The position numbers were made by a program, and so were the translations under genes. Below, piece by piece: positions 55,401 to 63,829 of a stretch of DNA of 64,000 bases. This DNA comes from Candidatus Latescibacterota bacterium (GTDB taxonomy: Bacteria > Latescibacterota > UBA2968 > UBA8231), in assembly GCA_965197905.1 (NCBI GenBank), contig CBDAOB010000005.1, forward strand, positions 2,528,001-2,592,000. Reading direction: 5' to 3'. How positions within the stretch are numbered: the stretch's first letter is position 1; each line of letters starts with the position of its first letter. Below the pieces are notes generated by a model. That model had not been told where the DNA came from. It did no database searches and saw nothing but the letters and a program-made list of their open reading frames with translations.

Positions 55401-56240
55401 GTGGTACTCCCAACGGGCGAGCGGTTGCGCGTAAAACAGAATCTCGTCGTCCGCATCGAAGCGCCCATCCCCTCCATCGTCGATCAGGATTGCCTGCTCC
55501 ACCAGCTGATCATTGGGCTCGTGCTCTATCGGTCGCGGGAGCATCCGTCCACCCTGATACAGCATTCGCGCCGTGAGCGGGTCAAAATCTGCCAGATCGA
55601 TGCCCGACTCCTGAAGATCCCTGCCGGTGATGAGGTAGATACCCTCGTCCTCTATGGCGATCTTGAGACGTGAAGTCGCGTCGCTTTGGAGCGGCCGGCC
55701 CAGTCGACGACGAGGCGGAACTCTCCAGTCTCGCGCCTGATGGTGGTTGGCTACGAGTCCTCGGTAAAACTCCTCGCTGTAGCTCTCCCTCCTGCCCCGC
55801 CTGGAGTAACCGGGATTGTCGAACTGCAGCTCTACCACGATGCGATCGTGATAAACCGTCGCCAAGCCCACTGAAAAGGTCGGGACAAAGACCAACTCCA
55901 CAACATGCTGATCGCGCAGGCGCCCTCTTTCTCCCAGAAAGACCGGAACCGTTTGCTCCCGTTCTGGTATCTCCACGAGAGGAGCCAGCGCGGCGACATC
56001 CACTTCCCGCATCTCGAGTACCTCTAAATGGACCTCGGCCTCCGGTGGGATCCCGATGAGAAAAGAGCGCCCCAGCGCACGTTGTAGATCCACCTGGTTA
56101 GCCGTGTACTCGAGGCGAAGATGGTCTTTGCCGGAGTCCAAGATGCGGAGATCGGCGTAGCTGGGAGCGCAGGCGGCCCCTATTATTACCCCTAAGAGGA
56201 GCCGGTAGACAGAGATTATGGAAGGGTTCAGACGAAACAA
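52488..56240 (-). CDS. porU: T9SS sortase PorU family (peptidase C25/gingipain fold), Ser at the predicted nucleophile
   Basis: IYDEFSGG..DPAAIRNF, VLLGDGSYDYKN, PDMAIGRL, YLGHG..LAHE, LIGDPAMRL, FRVPKDI, DPSGINITG..GH, GEHSIRLKAWDSFNN, PNP CTD. Confidence 0.9.
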   Translation of the reverse strand: MFRLNPSIISVYRLLLGVIIGAACAPSYADLRILDSGKDHLRLEYTANQVDLQRALGRSFLIGIPPEAEVHLEVLEMREVDVAALAPLVEIPEREQTVPVFLGERGRLRDQHVVELVFVPTFSVGLATVYHDRIVVELQFDNPGYSRRGRRESYSEEFYRGLVANHHQARDWRVPPRRRLGRPLQSDATSRLKIAIEDEGIYLITGRDLQESGIDLADFDPLTARMLYQGGRMLPRPIEHEPNDQLVEQAILIDDGGDGRFDADDEILFYAQPLARWEYHGNRGEYSFRRNLYTKQNIYWLEIAGAQAGLRHVVRDGSLQASDPQVVTDHRVREHVETEAKILIQTFSVRSGYEWYWEDFQGNARNFSTAVRDAVDEPVDIRIRFYGWTFQDHPFSVKWNDEEIGKISYFGSQVDTSEFRAEAGAREGVNHLGLVHENKHRTRLDWYEIEYSRLLSAQRSELRFDGIVGSDLLEYHLTGFRQEQPRIFEFSDELAEIVDFVHDPVAGTVRFQDAAAPAPRSYLVAGEERWKKPIRVELDRSANLRRAGQGANYLVITHRDFLAAAERLAAWRAQDERHGTALSSRVVDVADIYDEFSGGLVDPAAIRNFMKFAAENWDPAPLYVVLLGDGSYDYKNNSGTSPGNWIPPYQDGESTYDEWYVRVAGDDRIPDMAIGRLTVQTAAEADLVVDKLIDYDSELEEGAWRSRVLLIADDLHNSDKPGEVESWFLWDAERMASGFLPARLDLRKLYLAQFPLEGRLKPRARDEFLQRFNEGALIVTYLGHGNWQTLAHEQMFVTSRDLGDVANGSRLPFMFMAASQVGPFDDPVRSSMPEDLLKLPSGGVIGMISATRVGFHHSNMTLAYMFHDRMYRSEREAVPVGLGLMEAKQLVQISEIDRVNVQRYSLIGDPAMRLASPRYRVILVAPDTLRALGAVHISGRIVDQQGNFANDFNGEVLVNAFDSALASQLDGFTYVQLGSPLFRANLNVENGRFETEFRVPKDITYRGVRGRVSAYASADGRPSAFGSLDGLVLAGTADDVAADDEGPAIRIQFQGQSGFETGDAIPQEAVLQASISDPSGINITGETGHEIELVIDNQVFQVTEAFIAGDGYATGSLEFQLPALEPGEHSIRLKAWDSFNNSGSVEVTVDVAAAGAEVLTEVLFVPNPMAEEGHFTYILKSMATEVDIKIFTVSGRLVDEIEGSTELGFNQVAWNPAHKVAGGTLLYRVRAKTEEGKSVKRTAALQVIQE

Positions 56241-56311
56241 TCGAGAATGTGCGCGGTTGGAAGTGGATCTTTAAGCTCGACGCTATCCCCTTAAATGTCA
56301 AGGGTTTCCGC

Positions 56312-56340
56312 TTGACGGGCTGCCCGGTCGGCGCTATATT
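56312..56340 (+). promoter_or_regulatory. sigma70-type promoter of rpmB
   Basis: TTGACG-17 bp-TATATT. Confidence 0.75.
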
Positions 56341-56365
56341 GTTCGCTTCAAACGGGAGTTGATCG

Positions 56366-56593
56366 ATGTCGCGTGTATGTAAAATTACGGGAAAGAAAAA
56401 TTTGGCGGGCAACGCTGTCAGCCATTCCCAGCGAAAAACCCGGAGAGTCCAGCGACCCAACCTGATCAAGAAACGTATCTTCCTTCCGGAAGAGAACAGA
56501 ACGGTCACGGTGAAGCTGAGCGCACGCGCATTGCGCACCCTCAACAAGAAGGGGCTGGAAAAGGTTATCAAAGAGCAGGGCTTAAAGCTCTGA
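56366..56593 (+). CDS. rpmB: 50S ribosomal protein L28
   Basis: MSRVCKITGK...GNAVSHSQRKTRRVQRPNL...SARALRTLNKKG. Confidence 0.97.
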   Translation: MSRVCKITGKKNLAGNAVSHSQRKTRRVQRPNLIKKRIFLPEENRTVTVKLSARALRTLNKKGLEKVIKEQGLKL

Positions 56594-56621
56594 TTTGCGC
56601 TCGTCCTGAACGCAGCCCGCT

Positions 56622-56924
56622 TCAGGTCAGCAACTCGGAGATTTCCCGCTGGACTTGCTCGTCCCGTACCTGATCGATCACATCCTTAAAATACTGCGCT
56701 GCTCCGCTCAATATGAGCCGTTCGATGGCGCAGATTTCCTCGTCGGTATAAACCCCGGATTCCCGGACGAGGTCTATGTATTCGATCTTCGCTTCGACGT
56801 CTAGGTTCGAAATCGAAGCCAGCATATCGAACAATTTGTAGGCTGATTGGCTGTCCAGGCATCGATCGACGATCGTCGCGAGGCGTTCGTTTCTTGCCGC
56901 TGTCTGAGTGTCTGCCCTTTCCAT
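56622..56924 (-). CDS. hypothetical all-helical protein (100 aa)
   Basis: Strong GGGGAGG RBS before ATG at 56924; acidic amphipathic helices. Confidence 0.7.
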   Translation of the reverse strand: MERADTQTAARNERLATIVDRCLDSQSAYKLFDMLASISNLDVEAKIEYIDLVRESGVYTDEEICAIERLILSGAAQYFKDVIDQVRDEQVQREISELLT

Positions 56925-56979
56925 TTCTTTCCTCCCCTTCCGATACGGAATAGGTGTGTCCCGCTTCGGGAGTTCAGTT

Positions 56980-56995
56980 AGCAATGATTGGGCCG
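56980..56995 (-). promoter_or_regulatory. sigma54 -24/-12 promoter candidate
   Basis: Minus strand CGGCCCAATCATTGCT = GG-N10-GC with TTGCT; AT-rich tract at about 57040-57072 upstream. Confidence 0.5.
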
Positions 56996-57173
56996 CCGTT
57001 GTGTGAGCGTCTCCATGAAAATCAGTACTGGCGGGTAACCTATTGTTAAAACTTTTGTTATGAATCATAATTCGGCGGTGGACCGCCACGGCTGTGTGCG
57101 ATCGGCGGTCAGCAAGGGGGAAAAAGTTTTCCAGGTGTGGACAAATCTTCCCACTTTCGGAACCTGAATGCCC

Positions 57174-57202
57174 TTGTCACTCATTTTGGCGGTCCATATT
57201 AT
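57174..57202 (+). promoter_or_regulatory. sigma70-type promoter for the Trm112-family gene
   Basis: TTGTCA-17 bp-TATTAT. Confidence 0.62.
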
Positions 57203-57235
57203 TGATGACAACCTTCACCATCGAGGTCGGAAGAC

Positions 57236-57484
57236 ATGATCGACAAGGAATTGCTCGATATATTGGCCTGCCCTGAGACCAAGGAGCCGGTTCACCTGGC
57301 AGAAGATTCCATCCTTACAGATCTGAACGATCGGATCGGGCGGGGCGAGGTCGTGAATCGGGGTGGAAAACCAGTTGAGAAAAAGATCGACGGCGGTTTG
57401 GTGCGAGAAGACGGTGCTTTCCTCTATCCCATCGAAGACGACATCCCCATCATGTTGATCGATGAGGCGATTCCGCTGAAGTAG
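57236..57484 (+). CDS. Trm112/YcaR family protein
   Basis: LLDILACPETK...YPIEDDIPIMLIDEA. Confidence 0.88.
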   Translation: MIDKELLDILACPETKEPVHLAEDSILTDLNDRIGRGEVVNRGGKPVEKKIDGGLVREDGAFLYPIEDDIPIMLIDEAIPLK

Positions 57485-57518
57485 CTGAAGTAGTCACTGA
57501 CCCGAAGCACGCTCCCGC

Positions 57519-58085
57519 TCAGGAGTCGGTTTCGGGCACTTCCACCTTCAACAGTTTCTTGCTGCCATCCTCGTTGGTCAGCAATAGTACCTGAGCGCCC
57601 TGCTTTCTGGCTTGTTGCTGATAGTCGTCCACCAGCTCGAGGGTGCGCTGGCGTTTCAATAGCTTCAGTTCCATGAGCTGGTTGAAGCCGTCCCTCGTGA
57701 TCACCGCAAACGGCTGACCTCTGAAATAGACCTGGTAGGACCGCAATTTCTGCGGTTGGTCGTCCGGTTGCCCGCTCGTGCCGGCTCCCCAGCGGTGTTC
57801 CAAACTGAGAACATAACCCACCGCATTGGCTGCTACCACAGCCAGATTGCTCGTTACCGTCAACGGATTCAGTAGATTCGAGAGCCACAAGGGGATGAGA
57901 CAAACAAGCATCAGACAACCCAGGAAGAAGAAGCCGAAACGGTACAGATGCAGCGACTGTCCCTTGGTTTTCCGATTCAGCATGAGGCGCACGAAGACGA
58001 CGGTCGCCGCGAAAAACAGCAGAAAAAGTGCGGGGATGATTGGGCTGAAGCCAGTCATTTCGAAAGGAAAAGCGTTTGGCGACAA
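57519..58085 (-). CDS. hypothetical membrane protein (start at 58085 or 58058)
   Basis: Three hydrophobic helices followed by a soluble C-terminal domain. Confidence 0.65.
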   Translation of the reverse strand: MSPNAFPFEMTGFSPIIPALFLLFFAATVVFVRLMLNRKTKGQSLHLYRFGFFFLGCLMLVCLIPLWLSNLLNPLTVTSNLAVVAANAVGYVLSLEHRWGAGTSGQPDDQPQKLRSYQVYFRGQPFAVITRDGFNQLMELKLLKRQRTLELVDDYQQQARKQGAQVLLLTNEDGSKKLLKVEVPETDS

Positions 58086-58135
58086 GGCGGACGGTCTCGC
58101 TGTATCCTAGCGGACAAGGATAGGCCCTTCAGGTT

Positions 58136-61100
58136 TTATTTCACCAGGGTCATCTTCCGAACCAACGACATTTCCTGTACGCGGACGCGGTAGAGATAGA
58201 TTCCGGTCGCCACCGAGTGGCCGCGGTTGTTGCGTCCATCCCAGGCAGCGTTGTAGTAGCCCGGCTGCATGAAATCGTCGACGATGGTTCGTACCCTCTG
58301 GCCGGCCACGTTGAATATATCGATTTGTACGAGTACGAGGCTCGCCACCATGTTGAACGCCGGCACATTGAAGGGAATAGTCGTGCTGGGGTTGAACGGG
58401 TTCGGATAGTTCTGCCCCAGGGTAAAGCTCTTCGGGACCGCCAAGCCGCGCGGGTCTGAGAGAAAGCGAATGTCAGTGCTCTCGTAGGACGAGCTCAAGA
58501 ATTGTCCGTTCCGCAGTTCCAACGAATTCGGGAACCCATTCGTAAAGAGCCGCACCTTGATGCGCATCAGCTCTCCATCCCCCGCAGCCGACCAACGTTT
58601 TCCGTGTCGGGCTGCAGCTACGGAAAGCCTGCCGTCCTCCTGTTCCAGCCGTCTGAAGTAGCCGGCCGGATTGGGGGCGAAGATCTCCCCGATTCCCAGG
58701 TCGATCTGCTCTAGCAGCTCCACCTCCAGTGGATCGTAAGAGAGGTCGAAGGCGTATCCGGCCAGATCCTCTAAAGACCTCGCGGCGAATACCAGCTCGA
58801 CCTCGCGGCCTGGGCGCCACTCGTCATCGAAGCCGGGCGCCAGGATCTCCAGCCCGGCTGCTCCGTTGCTGACCGTCGCCGGAACCTTGAAAACCGGAGG
58901 TGCTCCGAAACCGGTGCTATTGCTGATATTCGACGTCGTCACAGTCAGGTCCTCGACACCAACACGGCCGTCATTGTTGAGATCGGCCTGGGCGAAGCTG
59001 GTCGCAGCAGCATTCGCTCCCCACGCTGCATCGATGGCGTTGACGTCGTCTTCGTCGATCTCGTTGTCCTCCGTAACGTCTCCGGCCTTGAGTTCGCGTC
59101 CAGTCTGGCCCAGCAGAAAGGAGGCGTCCCCGCGAATATCGGAAGCGAAGAAGCCAATAGACGAGCTCATGGTCACCACCTCGCCATTGCGCACGGTAAT
59201 GGTATCGCTCCGGCCGCTGAGGTGACTAGTGTCCTTCACGGTCAAGACGTAGCGACCGGCGGGCACGCTCACGAGGGTGAGGGCACCGCTGCTGCTGGTT
59301 TTTACTTCAACGGTATCCGCGGTGGCGACGAAATCATCGTTCGACGTCTTAAAGCGTGAGTCTGCGATGTCGAAGGTACTTCCCGGAAGACGCAGGTGAA
59401 CATCCAGAAACGTGGTGTGGTCGCCGTTGCCGATGGGAGGAGAACGCCCCTCCAGCAGAACATCGCCCTTGATTCTACCCCGACTGATATTCTGCAGTCG
59501 GCTGCTCTGTGTCGAAAGGCCGTTCGATTTCGTCAGCGCCACGCCGCTGCCCACGAGGCTCAAAGAAGTGGTTTCGTCGAACAGAAGGTTGAGCGCCGAG
59601 GAGAAGCTGCTGTCGATGACCGCCCGAAAGCTTGCCAGTCTGGCAAGATCCAAGGCGGTGCCGATAATCTCTCCGCCGCCCTTACTCTTCGAGTACCTCA
59701 CCACCGTGCCGATCGTCGTATCCTCCACGACAGTGCCCCCGACAAAAACGCCATTGAGGTCGGTAAAGGGACTGGTAGGATTCACCACGCTGAGTTTAGT
59801 GCTGGCAAGGTCGACAATGGCGCTAACCGCGTCGGCGGAGACACCGCCGGATTGCACCAGAACCTCGAAGGTCAAGGTGTCTCCGACGCTGCCCTGGAAC
59901 TTTGCCGGCACCATGGCCAGGTTCGGATTGGCGCTCGATCCGACACCGAGGATCAGCTGATTCGAACCTTCGCTCACCCGCCCAGCCGTATTGTTCACGA
60001 ATGTGGGATCGGCGCCGATGCCGGCGTAGATGCTGTATGTCGCCGTCGGAACAGTAAGGCCGCTGCTCCGCGTATCCCAGTTAAACGCGTTGCTGCTGTC
60101 CTCTCGGATCGTTGCGATGGTGCCGCTGGTGGTACCGTCTGAACTGTTGACGATATACGTGTCGTCGCTGCCACCTGACCCCAGCACGTTCGTCTCCAGG
60201 GTTTGCAACGAGGTGAGACCGGCTGTCCTGGAAGCGTAAAGCCTGATGTAGGCATCCTCAGTCCCCGATTGATCGTCCACCATGTAGTCGTCCCACTCCA
60301 AACGCACTATGTCCCCCCCGCTGGCATCGCCGAATCGACTGTTCAGGATTATGTACGGATTGTGGGTTATGGTGACCGACCCGCCGCGGGATACCGTCAC
60401 GTTGCCAGATCCATCTGTACCTTTGGCGTAGAGCCAGACCCGTCGCCTACTTTTGGGAATTTCGTTTGGTGGAGTGCGGAGGTTCCAGGCGTACATATCG
60501 TTGGAGCCGTCGGAATTTTCCGTCAGGCCCTCAACGATCGTTCCCTTGCCCCCGGCAGTGTTGAGCGAGGTGGTATCGGCCCCCGATTCGGTGGAGTGAT
60601 CGGTGACTGCGGGGTCGTCTGTCGTGAAAAAAAGATCTATCTTCGCGTCCTCGTCCAGATCCTTGTCCCCGGGGCCCTTCTGCCATTGGATCGTGTACAC
60701 CGGCTGGGACCCGGAATCGATATCCCGCTGGGTGTCCTTTGGAGGCTCGTAGAAGGTGAACGACGGGGAATGCCTGACCACCAGTTGCTGCGCACTGTTG
60801 CCCACTACGACATCGGATGAATCGGTCGCCACGGCATAGATGAAATAACCTCCCTGGGCAACCAGAGGACTTGTGACATCCCACGAAAATTCAGTGTTCC
60901 GCGTGGTCAGTGATGTGGAATCGGTAATGGCTGTTCCGCGAGTACCCGACACGCTTTTCCCCAGCGCGAATTTCTGATTGGGGTAAACGCCGCTTACCGA
61001 AACAGAGGTGATGCCGCTGACGTCAGCGTAAAACAGCTGAATGCGGGCTTCGGTGTCGAAATCCGCGATCGTAAAATCCAAATCGTATGGATTCGCCTTG

Positions 61101-63823
61101 ATTCCGGTTCGGACTCCCGTGTCTACGGTGTCGGCGACGATCGGATCTATCTGCTGAACAATGGGCGTATGCTTGACGGAAACTACGCCGGGGCTCACCG
61201 CGAACACTGGGGGATTTTTTCCATCGTCACCGACCAGATAGATGTAATAGTCCCCGCTTTGTGCCCGCTGAATCGATGCGAACAGGCTGTCTTTCAGGGC
61301 TGCTGTCGGGTCGTCCCAGGTGTAGGTTTGCCCGCTTCCTTCGACGAAATCATTGGTGGCTGTGGTCCCGGTCACATCCCGTTGATCGACGATCAAGGTG
61401 CCGAAGATGCGGATGTCTCGCACCGTCTTGAGGTCTCCGGAAGGGTAGAAGTAAAGGGCCGCCTTTAGAGTGCCGCTGAAATCGTCCTCACTGTCGGTTA
61501 AGCCGTATTGAATATCGAACGAGCTGTTGGCCACATCCCCCGTTCCGTTCGGCTCGGTGATGGAGACAGAGGGACCGTTGTTGGTCGGCACGATATCGAT
61601 TCTGGCACCAAGGATGAAATAGGACCCGGCAGTGACGAAGGCGCCAGTCGGGTCGGTCCCAACCCGGATCGTCCGTGCTCCAAGTCCCGTACCGGCGCTG
61701 CTGGCGGTGCTGTTGGTAATCACTTGAAGGTTGGTGGAGGAATCGCTGCCCAAAACGTTTAGTTTCGCCAACAGACCTATCTTGTCGTCGTCATCGCCCC
61801 ATTCATTGGTGGAGGTGGCGTCTTCGTTGATCAATCCTTCGAACAATTTGTCGTCATCCGCGAGCGTTGTTGCCACTGTTTCCCATGAACCGGCGAGAAA
61901 CCCATCGGTGCTAGCGTCGAGCGCACCCAGACTCGCCCCGTTTGTCGGATCGGCAACATGGATGTACACCGGATTGTTGGTTATCTCCGCCGCCACTGTC
62001 TGCTGGTTTACCGGCGTGTAGGAAAGGGTGTATTGATACGCTCCCACGGGGATCGACACATCTTCGTGGGTAGTGCTTCTGCCCAGAACCTTGAAGTAAG
62101 AATGATGGTTCACGTTGGTGACGTTGCCCAACCCGAATCCCTCTCCCGTTCCCCCCGCAAAGGCTAAGTATATCTGATTCAGATCGGGATGTTCGGTGAG
62201 CGCTGGGCTCAGGAGGAATACGTCTGTGGCAGCGATACCATCTTCCGTCCCAGAGTCCGAGTCATCGTCCGCCACCTTCTCCGGCAAGGTCCAACTGTTC
62301 CCGTTGTAGAAGGCATAGTAGATGTCGTGCTCGTTCCCGCTGCTGTAGCCCGCCGTAAAAGCGATGTGCAGATCACCCTTGTCTTCCAATCGATCGTCGA
62401 CAACGGCTGCCACACGTTCGGTAAGCTCCCAGTCCAGCTCAATATTGTACTCCAGATTGCCGTCGTCGAACACGGAGGTCCCAGTGCTCCATACAGATGC
62501 GGCGGTTCCCCATGTAATGCCCGTTCCGATGGTTCCGTCGTCATCGTACTGATTGAAGTAGACGCCTTCAGCGGGAGTCGTGTCTCCAAATTTGAACACG
62601 GAATAGACTCGATCGGGCAGGCGATTGCGGTCGATGGCGAGGGTCGGGAAGTAATACCTGGCATCGGTTTCGACCGCGGCGTTGGCGGTAGTCTCGTCCA
62701 CGAAGGTGGTCACCGTGGCCCCATCCACTGTCTGATTCCAGCCGGCTCCACCGGTGGTGATCCAATTGGTATCCGCCAGGGCGCGCTTATGCTCGATGCG
62801 ATTGTCCGTATCGTTGAAATAGAGGAGGTGCAGGGCGTCGCCGTCGCCCACGGCGATATCCGGACCGGTCTGACGATCTGCGTCAACGGCTATCCGCACC
62901 CCACCGGTACCGGCGGTTCCGCTCTGCCCCACGGGAAGAATGGAGAATGGACTCGTGTACCGATTCACCTTTGCCAACATGACGTCATCCGCACCGCCCC
63001 CCGTGCTGGCTCCCCGGACGTAGGTCAGGAAGATGTTGTCGCGGTCGTCGATGGCCATGCGGGGGAAGGCAGCTGTCTTTCCCTCCGTGTTCGCCACCGT
63101 ATCGAAGTCGTTGACCACAATCGGACCCTGAGCGTCGGTGGGAGACCAGTTGCTGCCGCCATCAACGGAATAGGAGAAATAGACATTCTTGTTTCGGCGC
63201 CGATCGGCTGTCGACACGAAAGCGTAGACCACGCGCGGGTTTCCACCGCTGTCGACCTCCAGATCAAGCGTGGAGTAGGACACTCCACCGGCGACTGCGA
63301 AGCTCAGCGGATGAAACCGCAAGGTGTTCGACACACTAACGGCCGTGCTGAAACTCTTGCCGGCATCGAAGCTACGGCTGTACATGACCTGGTATACCGG
63401 TGTAATGCCCCCGTTGAATGTGGCACCTGCAGAGGTGCCAACCTCTTCGATCCACGCCATGTGGATCACCGGAGTGGTTGCCGCCTGGGTGACCCCCGGC
63501 GCCGGCAGATTCGCGTTGGTGCCAAACGGCACCACGTCCACCATGGCGATGTCCACCTGCATGCCGTCGGTATCGGTGCCGTCGACCTGGACCGCTGCCT
63601 CAATCGAGTGGAAATGCGCGTACACCGGATGTTCTTCGGTGGCGGCTTGATTCAGGTCGACCCGCACGCTTATCTGTTCGCCGACGACGAAGTCGGCGCG
63701 GACTGTGCTATCCTGTGGGGAAAAACCGACCGGGGTGCGATTCTCGAATATAGGCGCTGCCCCGCGTGCTGCCGACGCCACGACTACGCAAAGCAACGCG
63801 ATATGAATGCGCTGTATTCCCAT
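58136..63823 (-). CDS. large secreted multidomain protein: BNR/Asp-box propeller-like region, Ig-like repeats, cohesin-like, X-module + dockerin-like, cohesin-like, T9SS-type CTD
   Basis: Signal peptide; SRSFDAGKSF and SYSVDGGSNW; AGDVTEDNEIDEDD...ADLNNDGRVGVEDL; LAGYAFDLSYDP...GDGEL; QNYPNPFNPSTTI...RKMTLVK. Confidence 0.8.
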   Translation of the reverse strand: MGIQRIHIALLCVVVASAARGAAPIFENRTPVGFSPQDSTVRADFVVGEQISVRVDLNQAATEEHPVYAHFHSIEAAVQVDGTDTDGMQVDIAMVDVVPFGTNANLPAPGVTQAATTPVIHMAWIEEVGTSAGATFNGGITPVYQVMYSRSFDAGKSFSTAVSVSNTLRFHPLSFAVAGGVSYSTLDLEVDSGGNPRVVYAFVSTADRRRNKNVYFSYSVDGGSNWSPTDAQGPIVVNDFDTVANTEGKTAAFPRMAIDDRDNIFLTYVRGASTGGGADDVMLAKVNRYTSPFSILPVGQSGTAGTGGVRIAVDADRQTGPDIAVGDGDALHLLYFNDTDNRIEHKRALADTNWITTGGAGWNQTVDGATVTTFVDETTANAAVETDARYYFPTLAIDRNRLPDRVYSVFKFGDTTPAEGVYFNQYDDDGTIGTGITWGTAASVWSTGTSVFDDGNLEYNIELDWELTERVAAVVDDRLEDKGDLHIAFTAGYSSGNEHDIYYAFYNGNSWTLPEKVADDDSDSGTEDGIAATDVFLLSPALTEHPDLNQIYLAFAGGTGEGFGLGNVTNVNHHSYFKVLGRSTTHEDVSIPVGAYQYTLSYTPVNQQTVAAEITNNPVYIHVADPTNGASLGALDASTDGFLAGSWETVATTLADDDKLFEGLINEDATSTNEWGDDDDKIGLLAKLNVLGSDSSTNLQVITNSTASSAGTGLGARTIRVGTDPTGAFVTAGSYFILGARIDIVPTNNGPSVSITEPNGTGDVANSSFDIQYGLTDSEDDFSGTLKAALYFYPSGDLKTVRDIRIFGTLIVDQRDVTGTTATNDFVEGSGQTYTWDDPTAALKDSLFASIQRAQSGDYYIYLVGDDGKNPPVFAVSPGVVSVKHTPIVQQIDPIVADTVDTGVRTGIKANPYDLDFTIADFDTEARIQLFYADVSGITSVSVSGVYPNQKFALGKSVSGTRGTAITDSTSLTTRNTEFSWDVTSPLVAQGGYFIYAVATDSSDVVVGNSAQQLVVRHSPSFTFYEPPKDTQRDIDSGSQPVYTIQWQKGPGDKDLDEDAKIDLFFTTDDPAVTDHSTESGADTTSLNTAGGKGTIVEGLTENSDGSNDMYAWNLRTPPNEIPKSRRRVWLYAKGTDGSGNVTVSRGGSVTITHNPYIILNSRFGDASGGDIVRLEWDDYMVDDQSGTEDAYIRLYASRTAGLTSLQTLETNVLGSGGSDDTYIVNSSDGTTSGTIATIREDSSNAFNWDTRSSGLTVPTATYSIYAGIGADPTFVNNTAGRVSEGSNQLILGVGSSANPNLAMVPAKFQGSVGDTLTFEVLVQSGGVSADAVSAIVDLASTKLSVVNPTSPFTDLNGVFVGGTVVEDTTIGTVVRYSKSKGGGEIIGTALDLARLASFRAVIDSSFSSALNLLFDETTSLSLVGSGVALTKSNGLSTQSSRLQNISRGRIKGDVLLEGRSPPIGNGDHTTFLDVHLRLPGSTFDIADSRFKTSNDDFVATADTVEVKTSSSGALTLVSVPAGRYVLTVKDTSHLSGRSDTITVRNGEVVTMSSSIGFFASDIRGDASFLLGQTGRELKAGDVTEDNEIDEDDVNAIDAAWGANAAATSFAQADLNNDGRVGVEDLTVTTSNISNSTGFGAPPVFKVPATVSNGAAGLEILAPGFDDEWRPGREVELVFAARSLEDLAGYAFDLSYDPLEVELLEQIDLGIGEIFAPNPAGYFRRLEQEDGRLSVAAARHGKRWSAAGDGELMRIKVRLFTNGFPNSLELRNGQFLSSSYESTDIRFLSDPRGLAVPKSFTLGQNYPNPFNPSTTIPFNVPAFNMVASLVLVQIDIFNVAGQRVRTIVDDFMQPGYYNAAWDGRNNRGHSVATGIYLYRVRVQEMSLVRKMTLVK

Positions 63824-63829
63824 GGCGTC

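Noticed and set aside
56949..57044. Apparent multi-stem RNA (AATAGGT/ACCTATT, CCGCC/GGCGG, TCCCG/CGGGA) upstream of the 56924 gene
   Set aside because: It matches no riboswitch core I recognise, the stems are short, and the sigma54 candidate promoter lies inside it, so most of it would not be transcribed. An Infernal/Rfam search and covariation analysis would settle it.
57136..57144. TGTGGACAA DnaA-box-like 9-mer
   Set aside because: Single imperfect copy with no box cluster.
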